From Candidatus Melainabacteria bacterium 17Bon1m (lineage in GTDB: Bacteria; Cyanobacteriota; Vampirovibrionia; Obscuribacterales; Obscuribacteraceae): a stretch of 64,000 nt of DNA. Below, one piece after another: positions 18,385-28,591 of this stretch. The notes under the pieces are model-generated. The model had not been told where the DNA came from. It did not search any database and saw only the letters and a list, made by a program, of their open reading frames with translations. Position 1 is the first letter of the stretch. Every line of letters begins with the position of its first letter. The stretch lies in the NCBI GenBank assembly GCA_032128875.1, contig JAVLKG010000001.1, positions 224,001 to 288,000 of the forward strand, given 5' to 3'. The translations under genes and the position numbers were made by a program.

Positions 18385-19524
18385 ATGCCTCGCAATTCCA
18401 TCCTTGCTCTCTTACTAGCGCTGTTCACCGCGCAGTTTCTCTCCTCCTGCTCAATTATGCCGCCGCCACCTGATGATACGAAGGGTGTCGAAGAGTGGCT
18501 TGTGATGCCTATTTTTTTTGCAACCAATCGAGCCTTTGCCGGTAAGAACGGAAGTGTTGACTATTCCGAGGACGAGAGTCCGAACGGTCTTTTGTTTGGC
18601 GTCAAGAACGTGGTAGTGCCCTTTCCCGTTCGTACGCCACTCGAAAAGACGACTGAAGAGCGTATGCAATGGCAGCGTTTCAATATGGACCATGACTCGA
18701 AGAAGCTGAAAGTCATTCCTCCTCCCCCTGCGCTCTGCAAAGTCACAGATTCGACGTTTTCCAAAGAAGAAATGGTTGCGGCGCTGGATGCGTACCGAAA
18801 GAGAGCAGGAAGTCTTGAATCAGTAGTGTTCGTCCACGGATGCTGTGCAACTTTTGAAACATCGGCTCTGAGAGCGGCTAAGCTTGCGACACACATGCAG
18901 GTTCCGGTGCTTTTATATGATTGGGTTTCACCAAAGGGGTTCAAAAACTACCTGAAGAACGAGACTTTGGCAGAGCAGTCTGTCGATGGTTTTCTTTCCG
19001 CTCTGAATGCTTCTGAGAAAATCCTGGGTGCCAAAAATATGACCTTGGTTGGACACAGCATGGGTGCGTTCATTCTTGACCATGCTCTCTTGCGCAGGAA
19101 GGCACAGGGCGACGCCGCAGCTCCGGAAAAATTCAGCGAGTTGATAATGTCTAATGCCGATACCGATGGAAAGACCTTTCTGAATCATGCGCGCGATTTT
19201 GCCTCGAATGCGAAAATCACGCGAGTCTATTTTTCCAGATCCGATGACCGGCTGAAATATTCTGCGTACTCTCATGGGGATTTTAAGCGGCTTGGTCTGC
19301 CAGGAACGCTTGCTCAAGCGTTGGCTAAAGTTCCTGGGATACAAATGATTGACGTAACCGCAAGCAAAACGAATCACGAGCTCCCATTTTGGCTCGTATC
19401 TAACATGCACCGCTTCGGGAATGTCGGACCAGTCAACGATTTTGTTCTGAATAAGAACGCTAATGGACTTTTTGAATTGGAGCGAACAGTGTCACCACTT
19501 ATGGAGCCTTCCGGCTTAGAGTGA
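18385..19524 (+). CDS. DUF900-family alpha/beta hydrolase lipoprotein
   Basis: Lipobox-like FLSSC, IFFATNR, VFVHG, GHSMG nucleophile elbow. Confidence 0.8.
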   Translation: MPRNSILALLLALFTAQFLSSCSIMPPPPDDTKGVEEWLVMPIFFATNRAFAGKNGSVDYSEDESPNGLLFGVKNVVVPFPVRTPLEKTTEERMQWQRFNMDHDSKKLKVIPPPPALCKVTDSTFSKEEMVAALDAYRKRAGSLESVVFVHGCCATFETSALRAAKLATHMQVPVLLYDWVSPKGFKNYLKNETLAEQSVDGFLSALNASEKILGAKNMTLVGHSMGAFILDHALLRRKAQGDAAAPEKFSELIMSNADTDGKTFLNHARDFASNAKITRVYFSRSDDRLKYSAYSHGDFKRLGLPGTLAQALAKVPGIQMIDVTASKTNHELPFWLVSNMHRFGNVGPVNDFVLNKNANGLFELERTVSPLMEPSGLE

Positions 19525-19582
19525 CTTGAGCTAGGAGCGCAGTCGCTACGGACCAGATTTGGATGCGATGGAGAAAGCTGCT

Positions 19583-20359
19583 CTACCTGCTGCCGTCGCC
19601 GCCGATATAGTGCAAAATCATTTCGTGCCAATACGGCCAATCGTGCGCGAACCCATCCCAGATGCGATAGGCGTGCGGTATGTTTCGCTCGTTCAAAGCA
19701 GCGTCAAACAATTGGTTGCCATAAAACAGCGGGTCTGTTTCACCAATCGCAAAAATGATGTCGAGCTTCTTCAGCATTTCAACGTGCTTGTCGGAAGCAG
19801 CCTTCACTAATTCGGTCGGATCGCATTCTCGAATAATGTCATCGTAATAATCGTGTATCCATGAAAACACATTGTATGGATCCGCCATTTGATGCATGTC
19901 GTACGGACCGCTCAATCCAATTGTTCGATTGAAACTTTGTGGAAAACGCATGGCGATATCAATTGCATGGTACCCGCCCATGCTCGCGCCCAGTGCAATT
20001 ACATAGTCATTGGAGTTCTTCTTCTTCGTAAAGGGAAGTACCTCCTCGATAATGTATTTGTGATACGCAAGGTGTCTCAGTGCACGATCTTTTGGAGGCG
20101 CATCGAAGTTCCACCAGCTTTCAAAATCAACGCTATCAACACAATAGACTTGAATCCAGCCTTGCTCAATGTGATGACCGAAAGTTTCGATCATCCCACG
20201 ATTTTCCCAATCGAAAAATCGACCGCATGACGTGGGGAAAACAATCACTCGCGCTCCGGCATGTCCGAAGCTAAGCAGCTCCATCTCTCGGTTGAGACTG
20301 TCGCTGTGCCATTTATGATATTCGCGGTTCAGTTCCACTTTGGTTGTTGCAGTTTGCAT
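19583..20359 (-). CDS. Esterase family alpha/beta hydrolase
   Basis: FGHAG..VIVFPTS.GRFF, GASMGG, WDGFAHDWPYW. Confidence 0.85.
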   Translation of the reverse strand: MQTATTKVELNREYHKWHSDSLNREMELLSFGHAGARVIVFPTSCGRFFDWENRGMIETFGHHIEQGWIQVYCVDSVDFESWWNFDAPPKDRALRHLAYHKYIIEEVLPFTKKKNSNDYVIALGASMGGYHAIDIAMRFPQSFNRTIGLSGPYDMHQMADPYNVFSWIHDYYDDIIRECDPTELVKAASDKHVEMLKKLDIIFAIGETDPLFYGNQLFDAALNERNIPHAYRIWDGFAHDWPYWHEMILHYIGGDGSR

Positions 20360-20422
20360 TGCTATGGTCTTTCTAGTTGCGATGTCTCAAGTTGCATTGC
20401 TCAAATAGCTGTGTCGCTGTGA

Positions 20423-21406
20423 CTACTTACGACGTTCTATTTGATTACGTCTTTCTTGCCGATTTCGTCTTTCAATTTGCTTGGTGTAAAAGCTCAATTC
20501 TGTTTCGAGGCTGCCGATTTTGTCTGGTACTACCAGCGATGCCTCAGCGTTTTCCGCTTCAGGCGATGCGCCTGGTGTCGGTGCCGGTGCCAGCAAGTTG
20601 TAGCCGCAAAGTCGGCAGAATGTCGAGTCGCGTTCGTGCGATGTTTCTCCGCATTTCTTGCACACTGGTCCTGGGTTGTTGACCTGATTCAACTGCACGG
20701 AGACGATACCGGTGGGCACCGCGATGATTGCATAACCGAGCATCATTACGATGCAAGACAAGAATTGTCCGAGCGGAGTCTTAGGCGACATGTCGCCGTA
20801 ACCTACCGTGGTCAGTGTGACAATCGCCCAGTAAATGCTGATTGGAATGTTGGAGAATCCGTGCTCTTCTCCTTCCACCACGTACATCAATGCGCCAACG
20901 ATTACTACTATCGCGACAATCGCTGCGGCGAACACTGTAATTTTCGGCAGGCTCATTTGCAGCGCGCGCTTAAGCGCTTCTGCCTCATGCAAGAAGCGTG
21001 CTAATTTCAAAATGCGGAAGATGCGCATGAGACGCAAAATGCGCACAATCATCAGATAGTGCGCATCGTGAGAAAACAGTGCAATGTAAGTGGGCAACAC
21101 TGACAGTAAATCGACGATGCCGAAAAAGCTCTTTGCGTATCCCCATCTATTCGGTGCGCAAATGAGCCGTAGCGCATACTCAACTGTGAATATTGCAGTT
21201 ATTCCAATTTCTAAACCGAAGAAAAGATCGCCATATCGTTCGCGCAGAGAATGGACGCTGTTCAGCATCACTGTTGCAACGGACGTCACGATGACGGCGA
21301 TTAACACAAGGTCGAACGCTCGACCCATGCGTGTGTTTGATTCGAAAACTGTTTGGTAGAGTGCTCGACGCCAGCCTTGGGTGGGCGGAGCTAATTTTGG
21401 TGCCAC
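20423..21406 (-). CDS. Voltage-gated potassium channel / ion transporter
   Basis: S4 RILRLMRIFRILKL; pore TTVGYGD; C-terminal CxxC...CxxC. Confidence 0.9.
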   Translation of the reverse strand: MAPKLAPPTQGWRRALYQTVFESNTRMGRAFDLVLIAVIVTSVATVMLNSVHSLRERYGDLFFGLEIGITAIFTVEYALRLICAPNRWGYAKSFFGIVDLLSVLPTYIALFSHDAHYLMIVRILRLMRIFRILKLARFLHEAEALKRALQMSLPKITVFAAAIVAIVVIVGALMYVVEGEEHGFSNIPISIYWAIVTLTTVGYGDMSPKTPLGQFLSCIVMMLGYAIIAVPTGIVSVQLNQVNNPGPVCKKCGETSHERDSTFCRLCGYNLLAPAPTPGASPEAENAEASLVVPDKIGSLETELSFYTKQIERRNRQERRNQIERRK

Positions 21407-21745
21407 GGTACTTATATATGTAGGGATTCCGCTTACGACCGCCTATTGTAAGGCCGCACTGCGGTAAGTTAATGACATCGTAAGGTTTATGAATTGGGTT
21501 TCAACCAGTCCCCCCTCGCAAATGGGCGGTCCTCGCGGCAATCCCACCTACTTTGTCAGCCTGTTTTGGTTATTAGAAGTGAATCTACTGTCTCTGATTG
21601 GTAAGTAGCGCTCTGTTTCCGCCTACCGCTCTGCACAATTGCACATTCAATTTAATCGGCTGTTTTGTTCAAATAAGTGCTGAATGAACACTCCTTGCAG
21701 CGATTTTGGTGTTGTTATACAATGTGTTATACGGGAGCCGCGTAA

Positions 21746-22021
21746 TTGGTAGAAGGCTATCGAATCATCGGAAGTGCCTTTAAGCATGGCATTACGGAGT
21801 TTGAGATTGACTACGTCCTGAGCGACAAAAACCCGACTCGTCGCTCTTATGAAATGCATGATGACGAGGATGGTAACGCTCAGGATATGTACGTTGCGCA
21901 TACCGGCACTCGACCGTGGCCGATTGAGGTAGCTGTTTCCTACGGTACAAGCGAGAACATAGTGTTTCACGCCTCCAAAGTATCTTCTAAGTTCGAGGAG
22001 TTGTATAAATCGGAACCATGA
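21746..22021 (+). CDS. Putative type II toxin (RelE/BrnT-like small RNase)
   Basis: SAFKHGI...VFHA pattern; ATGA overlap with the downstream RHH gene. Confidence 0.5.
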   Translation: MVEGYRIIGSAFKHGITEFEIDYVLSDKNPTRRSYEMHDDEDGNAQDMYVAHTGTRPWPIEVAVSYGTSENIVFHASKVSSKFEELYKSEP

Positions 22022-22491
22022 CGAAGGAAAAGAGAACTAGCCGTATGTCCCCAGAAGAGCGTGCGCAGCGCCGTTCTGCCGTAGGTAGCATGGCGTCGGA
22101 GAAACTTGCGAAGAGTGAACAATTGAACTTTCGACTTGATGAGCAGTCAATTTTGGACCTGAACCAATTGGCCTTTGAGAAGAATATGCCCGTTGGCACA
22201 ATGGTCAGAGAATGGGTGCTGCAACGTCTTTCACAGGAAAAGCTTGGAGCTCCTGAATTGACTGGTGTTGCTATGCAGACGTTGAATGAGATACATGTCA
22301 AGCTCAGCAATCTCTTTGGAAAACCGCTGCCATTGCCTGACGAGAAGCGCGTTTCAGAGTGCGCACCTGTAGTCGATTATTTACCAATGGATCCTTCCGT
22401 AAACCTTCAGGCTTGGGAATACCTATTGAGCAAACAGCTGGATTTTGTTCGAGATCAACTTCAGAAGGTCGAACGCAAAAAGCGGCAATGA
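22018..22491 (+). CDS. Ribbon-helix-helix (CopG-like) putative antitoxin
   Basis: QLNFRLDEQSILDLNQLAFEKNMPVGTMVREWVLQRL. Confidence 0.6.
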   Translation: MTKEKRTSRMSPEERAQRRSAVGSMASEKLAKSEQLNFRLDEQSILDLNQLAFEKNMPVGTMVREWVLQRLSQEKLGAPELTGVAMQTLNEIHVKLSNLFGKPLPLPDEKRVSECAPVVDYLPMDPSVNLQAWEYLLSKQLDFVRDQLQKVERKKRQ

Positions 22492-22696
22492 ACTGATTTC
22501 GTCCCCTGGGGGCTCATCGCATATCCAAGGGATTGCCATTTCGGAGGGTTTTTCGAGAATTTATAGGCTCCGGCGTAAATCAATATGGGTTACCCCTACT
22601 GTTTCTGGGTGGAAAGGCCCGTACACTGGGCATCTTAGGAGAAATAACCTAAATCTCATTTGAATCCAATGGCGTAGCGTTGGACGGGAGTTTTAC

Positions 22697-23920
22697 ATGC
22701 TTACAAAAAATCGCGATAACGATGTCCTGTCGTTGCTTTTGACAGGCGCGCGGATTATCGAGCTCAGCACGCTTGAGGAGGGATATGCATCCTCTGCTCG
22801 CCTCAGCACGCCTTTGCACAAGGTTTTGGTCATGCTCAGGCATGTCAGTCAGTACACGATGGACAAGGCTTTGGCGGCAGAGACCATGGTACGGGAGAAT
22901 CAGATTTCGACGGACATTGCCGTTAAAGCTCTTCGTATTGCGACCACGCAACAGCTCTCTTTCGAGGATGCTCTGGCATCGTTGGGCGATGAGCACAAGA
23001 AAACCAACAATATGCCGAGCGCGTCCAACGAAATTTGTGACCTGCTCGTTGAAGCTGGAATCATCAATAACGAGCAGATTGGTCGCGCCTTGAGCACGTC
23101 ACTCGAAACCGGCATGCAGATGGGACGCATTCTGGTGTTCAATCGTGATGTCACGACCAACGTTATGAAAGCAGCGCTTACGTGCTGCATGATGTTGCAG
23201 GATGAAAAGCTCGGATACGCATCAGCTGTCGAGGCGGTGCAGTCTGTTCGTAAGACAAATAAGACTGTGGAAGAAACATTCTTCAGGCTCAATATCCATC
23301 ACGAAGAGCCCGGTCAAGGTCCAAAATTATACGAATTGTTCGCAATGGCTGGTTTTGTGTCGGACACTGACATGATGGAGTGTCTCGAGATTCACGTTTT
23401 GCGTGGAAGGCAACTAGGTCACATTTTCATTGAACAAGGTTTTGTGAAACATGAGGCTGTTGAAAACGCCATTACTTTGCAGGGCATGATCACTAGTGGT
23501 GCAATCAAGGCATATCAGGCTGCGGAAGCGCTTAAGAACGCTAACTTGAAGCAGATATCGATCTATCATGCGCTTGGCGAATTGGACCCACCGGCGGTGC
23601 CACCCACACCCACGTTGACGTTCGGACAGCTTTTGATTTCTTCCGGGATTGTTCATCCCGAGATGATGGAAGGTTTGATGGGCGGCATGGAACTCAATGC
23701 CCGTCAGCTTGCGAAGAAGGCATTGTCTGCGGGATATCTCACAGACAAGTCGTGTGTTACAGCGTTGCGTTGTTACTCGCTAAACAGTGAAGGATTCATC
23801 TCGAACAAGCAATGCGCTGAAATTCTCAAACAATGTGCGACACATGATTTGAACCTTGACGAACAGCTCGCTAAGGGCGGGCATTTTGTGCCGAATCGAA
23901 TGCACTGGATTTGGCGTTAG
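22697..23920 (+). CDS. Protein built of tandem MshEN-like repeats (paralog 2)
   Basis: Colinear homolog of 11340-12560 (shared GYASSARLSTPLHKVLVML, ELFAMAGFVSDTD, PNRMxWIWR). Confidence 0.7.
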   Translation: MLTKNRDNDVLSLLLTGARIIELSTLEEGYASSARLSTPLHKVLVMLRHVSQYTMDKALAAETMVRENQISTDIAVKALRIATTQQLSFEDALASLGDEHKKTNNMPSASNEICDLLVEAGIINNEQIGRALSTSLETGMQMGRILVFNRDVTTNVMKAALTCCMMLQDEKLGYASAVEAVQSVRKTNKTVEETFFRLNIHHEEPGQGPKLYELFAMAGFVSDTDMMECLEIHVLRGRQLGHIFIEQGFVKHEAVENAITLQGMITSGAIKAYQAAEALKNANLKQISIYHALGELDPPAVPPTPTLTFGQLLISSGIVHPEMMEGLMGGMELNARQLAKKALSAGYLTDKSCVTALRCYSLNSEGFISNKQCAEILKQCATHDLNLDEQLAKGGHFVPNRMHWIWR

Positions 23921-24016
23921 ATAGGGGCGCCGCATGCGGCTCCCTGACCTGGGAAGCACATGAGCCTCCCTTACAGAAGACGAAGTGCACACAGCTATAA
24001 AGTTTCGCCACGAACG

Positions 24017-24047
24017 AAGAGGAGACCGGTTACCCAGTCTCCTCTTT
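24017..24047. terminator. Hairpin terminator between convergent genes
   Basis: GAGGAGAC-CGGTTACCCA-GTCTCCTC followed by TTT. Confidence 0.55.
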
Positions 24048-24077
24048 GTCGCCGTTACAGCTTTATTTGTATGTTTC

Positions 24078-24284
24078 CTATTTAGCAGCGCTCGGTGGTG
24101 CTGCTTGTTCTTTCTCTTGAGGTTGAATCTCAATCTTCTTTGACTCAGCAGGCTGCGGTGCCGGTGCTGGGTGCAATTCGCCAATGGTCGGTGGTGCTAC
24201 CGGCTTAGGCGCATCGCTGTTCTGAGCCATAGCTGCAGAACCAATGAATGCAGTTACTACTGCTAAAGAAAGAATTGTTTTCAT
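24078..24284 (-). CDS. Small secreted Pro-rich protein
   Basis: GGAG RBS; MKTILSLAVVTAFIGSAAMA signal. Confidence 0.6.
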   Translation of the reverse strand: MKTILSLAVVTAFIGSAAMAQNSDAPKPVAPPTIGELHPAPAPQPAESKKIEIQPQEKEQAAPPSAAK

Positions 24285-24788
24285 ATGCGGTTTGTCTCCG
24301 TTCGTTGGAATGCACGCATTGTGCCTCGCTGATTTGCGGTGGTCAACTTTGCGAACGTAAACGCGAGACGAACTGAATTTCATCTGGGAACATTTTGGAA
24401 AAACGTGTCGTCCTTGGCGCGGCCTGTGCCGCTCGTCTGGGAAATTTTTCCATCAAATTCTCTGTATCGCCCAACCGGAGATGCTGATCGTAGGCGTCTC
24501 TTGTCTCGGCTAGTTGGCGGTGATCAATGCGTCACTTTATTGTGTTTTTCTAAGGTTGCACGCGAAAACACCAGGTGAGCGATTGACACTTATTTGCGGA
24601 GCAAAGAATATCACTAATATGAGTTACCTCCACGCTTGATTAGTAGAAGTGAAACAGTGCGTCGGTGAGCTGCCGACGCCGGGCGGCATTTTTGCCGCTC
24701 CTACAGAAAACAGAGCATTCGATGTGTGGCGCAGGTTGTGCTGCGCATACATTGAGCGGCGCATGCAATGCACCACCATTATTCCGTT

Positions 24789-26579
24789 CTATTGCGATTT
24801 CAGCTTGGTCAATCGGTCTTTCGCTTGACCAGCGCGGGGGTCAGAATCGCCTGCCAACTTCAGGAAGGTTTCTAATTCAGAAATCGCCTGTTCTTTCTCG
24901 CCGCTCTTTTCCAGAGAGTTGCTGAGCAAAAAGTGTGCATTCGGATCATTAGGCGCGAGCTTCACCGCTTCCTTATATGAGTTGCACGCTGGTACAACAT
25001 AACCTTGCACCATCAATGCGGAGCCAAGTGTTGTGCGTGCAGATGCTGACTTCGGGTCTAAGCGAACAGCTTCCTTTGCCTGCGCTGCGGATTGATCGAC
25101 TTCGCCGCTCTTCATGAGCCCATAGCTAAGACGCTCTCTCAAGTCTGCACGGGCAGGATACAGGTCGACTGCTTCTTCAAGGAAGCGAACCGACTCTTTC
25201 AACTGACCTGATGACATTGCCTTCTTCGAAAGTGCCATAAGCACTGTAGTGTCTTTAGGATTGATTGTGTAAGCCTGGTTGAGCTCCCGTAAGCTGTTTT
25301 CTGCATCGCCAAGTTTTTCTAAAATGCGAGCGTAGTTGAGGTGATAAAGTGCATCGTTCGGATTCGCTGCGATCGCGCGTTTTTGCAAATCGGCTGCGCC
25401 CTTCCAGTCACCTTTCAAAGCCAACGCTGTTCCATAGTCAGCGAGAGCATCAGCGTACTTTGGATCGGCAACGATAGCGAGTTTGTACTGCGCGAGCGCA
25501 TCTTCAATTTTTCCTTCCGCCATCGCCTTGCTGGCTTTCAGATAGGCGCCTTCAGCAGAGAGGAAAGAGGTTACAGAAGCCGGCAAATTCGCCACGCGCT
25601 CCGCAGGTGGTGTGCCCACTACGAGCTCTGTTCCTGTCCATGCGGATTTCATGAGTGGAACTTGCTTCTTGCGTGCATCTGCTGCGCCAGTTTCTTTTGA
25701 TGTTTTTTCTCTTGCGATTGCAAACGCTTTGTTCAATCCAATCAGTCCGTCTTCTTGCTTGAGCGCAGCGATGAGGTTGCGCGAGAACGCGCTGCTATGA
25801 GTAATTTCATTGGCTTGGCTGGAAGAGAGGATAATGAAGCCGTTGCCGAGCACCACCTTTTCCATGTCGACGTTGAATTGCTTTTTGACCGGCTCTAATG
25901 ATTTTGCGCCTTCATTCAAATTAGCTGCACCGCTATAACCTGCTTGCAATACGAGCAAGATTCTGTCGGAGTGAACGTTTTCCTTGAGCGAACTCATCAG
26001 TGACTGCATAGAAATGCAGGTGCCGTAGATGTTGTCGAGGGCGCAGTCGTAGGAGCATAGATAGGTGTTGCCGTCGGTTGTGGGAAAACTGCTAGTCGCG
26101 ATGTAGACAACAACGAGATCGTCTTTGCCAGCGGCATTACCGAGGAAGCTCGGACCAAGCGCCGTCGTGATGTTCTGCTTTTGTGCATCAGCATCAAGCA
26201 GCAGTCGTACGTGATTTGCATCGAAGCGACCACCGTGAGGATCTATTAGATATTGATAGAACTCTTTGGCAGACTGCGCCATGTCGTCTTCTTTGCCTGG
26301 ACTGAGGCGTCCTTCTTTGAACTTCGATGTTCCAATTACAACAGCCCACTTTTGTTTAATTGGTCTGTTGGTACCGCTTTTCGTAGGATTGAGATCTTGA
26401 ATCTGCGTAAATTCAACACCCTTCAACTTTGCTGTCGCGTTCGCGTCAGTTTTTGAAGTTAGGTCAGTAGTCGCTTGGCACCATGCGGGTAAGCAGCTTG
26501 TATTACCAAATGAATTTACGAGCATCAAAAGACTTGAGAAGCTCAGCAGTGCGGCGCGCTCAAAACGAAGTTTCAACAT
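24789..26579 (-). CDS. Caspase-like (C14 fold, catalytically degenerate) domain + TPR protein
   Basis: KWAVVIGTSKF, DLVVVYIATSSFP, LLVLQAGYSG, ILSSSQANE; C-terminal TPRs. Confidence 0.7.
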   Translation of the reverse strand: MLKLRFERAALLSFSSLLMLVNSFGNTSCLPAWCQATTDLTSKTDANATAKLKGVEFTQIQDLNPTKSGTNRPIKQKWAVVIGTSKFKEGRLSPGKEDDMAQSAKEFYQYLIDPHGGRFDANHVRLLLDADAQKQNITTALGPSFLGNAAGKDDLVVVYIATSSFPTTDGNTYLCSYDCALDNIYGTCISMQSLMSSLKENVHSDRILLVLQAGYSGAANLNEGAKSLEPVKKQFNVDMEKVVLGNGFIILSSSQANEITHSSAFSRNLIAALKQEDGLIGLNKAFAIAREKTSKETGAADARKKQVPLMKSAWTGTELVVGTPPAERVANLPASVTSFLSAEGAYLKASKAMAEGKIEDALAQYKLAIVADPKYADALADYGTALALKGDWKGAADLQKRAIAANPNDALYHLNYARILEKLGDAENSLRELNQAYTINPKDTTVLMALSKKAMSSGQLKESVRFLEEAVDLYPARADLRERLSYGLMKSGEVDQSAAQAKEAVRLDPKSASARTTLGSALMVQGYVVPACNSYKEAVKLAPNDPNAHFLLSNSLEKSGEKEQAISELETFLKLAGDSDPRAGQAKDRLTKLKSQ

Positions 26580-26599
26580 TTCTAGACCTATTTATTTGT

Positions 26600-28411
26600 T
26601 TATTTACCGTGGAACAACTGGATGCTTGCTGACACCATCTCACCGCTGTTCGAAGTCAGTCTTACGAGGCTGCTTCCTGCGGATGAGCTTGTCACCTGCG
26701 ATACAGGCGAGAAATCATCGGGGATCATTACTGGATTTGGGTCGTCCCAAGAGAGTTTCATGCGCGTTGAGCACACTTCTTTCTTGCCTTCTTCCTTCGG
26801 ACCTTTCGCGACTGCGTTGAAGCAGCTCAAATTTCCGCTACGGATCATTTCTGGCGTAATCGAGAACTTCTCTTGCCCAAACATCAGCCCCAAGCTTTCT
26901 GTGCCTGGGTTGCCGTCAAATTGCATCCAGCCTTCCGCCGGAATGGAGTAGTCCTTGCCGGGTTTCAAATAATTCTCTGTGCCATAGACCTGATTCGGGA
27001 AAAGCAAATCACTCTTACCGGTCGTGCTGGCTTTCATAACGAGATACGCATAACCTTCGCTTTCTGGAATCAGGTGAAAACGAATTGCATCCCCAGTTTT
27101 GAACTCCATTTTGTTATTGCAACGGAAGATCTTGCCGTTGCGATTGAGTTCAATCCAATAGCTGATTTTCGGTCGCGTATTTGTCGCGATACGATTCTTG
27201 AATTCGCCAGAACCTAGCGCGGGAAGCGCTGCCGGAGCGGGTGTTGCTGTCGGAGCATCCTTGTCATTGCCCTTGCCGGAGCCGTTTGCCGACCCGCTTC
27301 CGGTTGAAGTTGCGAGACCACTGCCGTTACCTGCTGACGAACCTGCACCAGAGTACTCTTCCTTTGATGCCACCACCGGTAGTTTGTCCTTAATACCAGT
27401 GATAGCAGGATCGAGCGATCCGATGTTTCTATCCATCCACGTCAGTACAAACTTGATGTCTTCCGGGTTGAACTGACCTTCTTCAAAGATCAAGTGCTCC
27501 GAGTTTTTGCTCAAAACCATTTGACGATTCGAAGTTGAAAGTCTTTCGAAGAGCTTCCATGTTCCTGCCGGACGAATGAGTTTGTCATTGCTCCCTTGAA
27601 TGAAGAGCACCGGTGTATTTGTCACCATCTCTGCGGCGTCAAGGTTGCGAGACATGAAAGAGTCGAGCTGGACAAATTCTTTCGGTGAAAAGTTGTTGCG
27701 CATCAACGGGTCGGTTTTCCACGTCTTGCGCAGCTCTTCTTTCTCAGAAATTTTGCTAACAACAGATGCGGCGGCGTCCGTCATTTGCTTGTTGAAACCG
27801 CCAAGCATTGTCTGAAAGCCGGCTTTCATGCCGACCTTACCGCCTTCGTCTCCGAGGCTAAAGCGATCTTTCGCTGGTACTGATGAAATCAAACCTGCAA
27901 CCAGCTCTGGGTAGAGCGCGGTGGTTCTCAATGCGATTGCTCCACCCATAGATTCACCGAGGACAATCACCGGCAGATCAGGATGATTCTTGTGAATCTT
28001 TTCGAGCGAAGCCTTGATGTCGGCGAGGCTGCCGTCAAAGTCCAGCTCAGTTTTGCCGTCAATTTCCTTACGCTCGCCGAATCCACGCATGTCGATCGCG
28101 TAAGTGGCAATGCCGTTTTTCGCCATCTCTTTACCGAAGGCGTCGTAGCATCCTTTGTGCATGCTGAAGCCATGAATGCACAACATCGCGATGCGCGGTT
28201 TTACTCCGGCGGGCGGCAGCCACGAAGCCATCGGCGCGGCTAGCGGCGCTGTGGTCGGAGTTTTAATTCTTTTGAAGGTGGCGTCACTTTCTTCCATCGG
28301 TGCAAATGACTTGCTGCCGTCGCCTGCATTAGCAGCCGGTAAGAAAGCGAATTGGCTGAGTGCCAAAACGCCGGACAAAGCCATGGTTAGAGTGCTTTTG
28401 CGATTACGCAT
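26600..28411 (-). CDS. Secreted alpha/beta hydrolase (monoglyceride lipase-like) + DUF4384-like domain, paralog A
   Basis: CIHGF, DMRGFG, GESMGG, QGSNDKL, SEHL; C-terminal FKTGDAIRFHL...GYAYLV...LLFP; AGGAG RBS. Confidence 0.8.
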   Translation of the reverse strand: MRNRKSTLTMALSGVLALSQFAFLPAANAGDGSKSFAPMEESDATFKRIKTPTTAPLAAPMASWLPPAGVKPRIAMLCIHGFSMHKGCYDAFGKEMAKNGIATYAIDMRGFGERKEIDGKTELDFDGSLADIKASLEKIHKNHPDLPVIVLGESMGGAIALRTTALYPELVAGLISSVPAKDRFSLGDEGGKVGMKAGFQTMLGGFNKQMTDAAASVVSKISEKEELRKTWKTDPLMRNNFSPKEFVQLDSFMSRNLDAAEMVTNTPVLFIQGSNDKLIRPAGTWKLFERLSTSNRQMVLSKNSEHLIFEEGQFNPEDIKFVLTWMDRNIGSLDPAITGIKDKLPVVASKEEYSGAGSSAGNGSGLATSTGSGSANGSGKGNDKDAPTATPAPAALPALGSGEFKNRIATNTRPKISYWIELNRNGKIFRCNNKMEFKTGDAIRFHLIPESEGYAYLVMKASTTGKSDLLFPNQVYGTENYLKPGKDYSIPAEGWMQFDGNPGTESLGLMFGQEKFSITPEMIRSGNLSCFNAVAKGPKEEGKKEVCSTRMKLSWDDPNPVMIPDDFSPVSQVTSSSAGSSLVRLTSNSGEMVSASIQLFHGK

Positions 28412-28591
28412 TGTGCGTCTCCTGCGATTCATTTGAATTAGGCTTATTCGCCTCAATTCGTCCCAGTTGGTTCAATGGGTATCAATACGTCTTAGCTCGT
28501 GAAATTAGCAGAGCTGCGACCTCTTGAAAGCCGGTCTTGATGCTGTCCGAGACCAGCTTAGAAGGCTTGCCAGCATAACATATTGGCTGCT

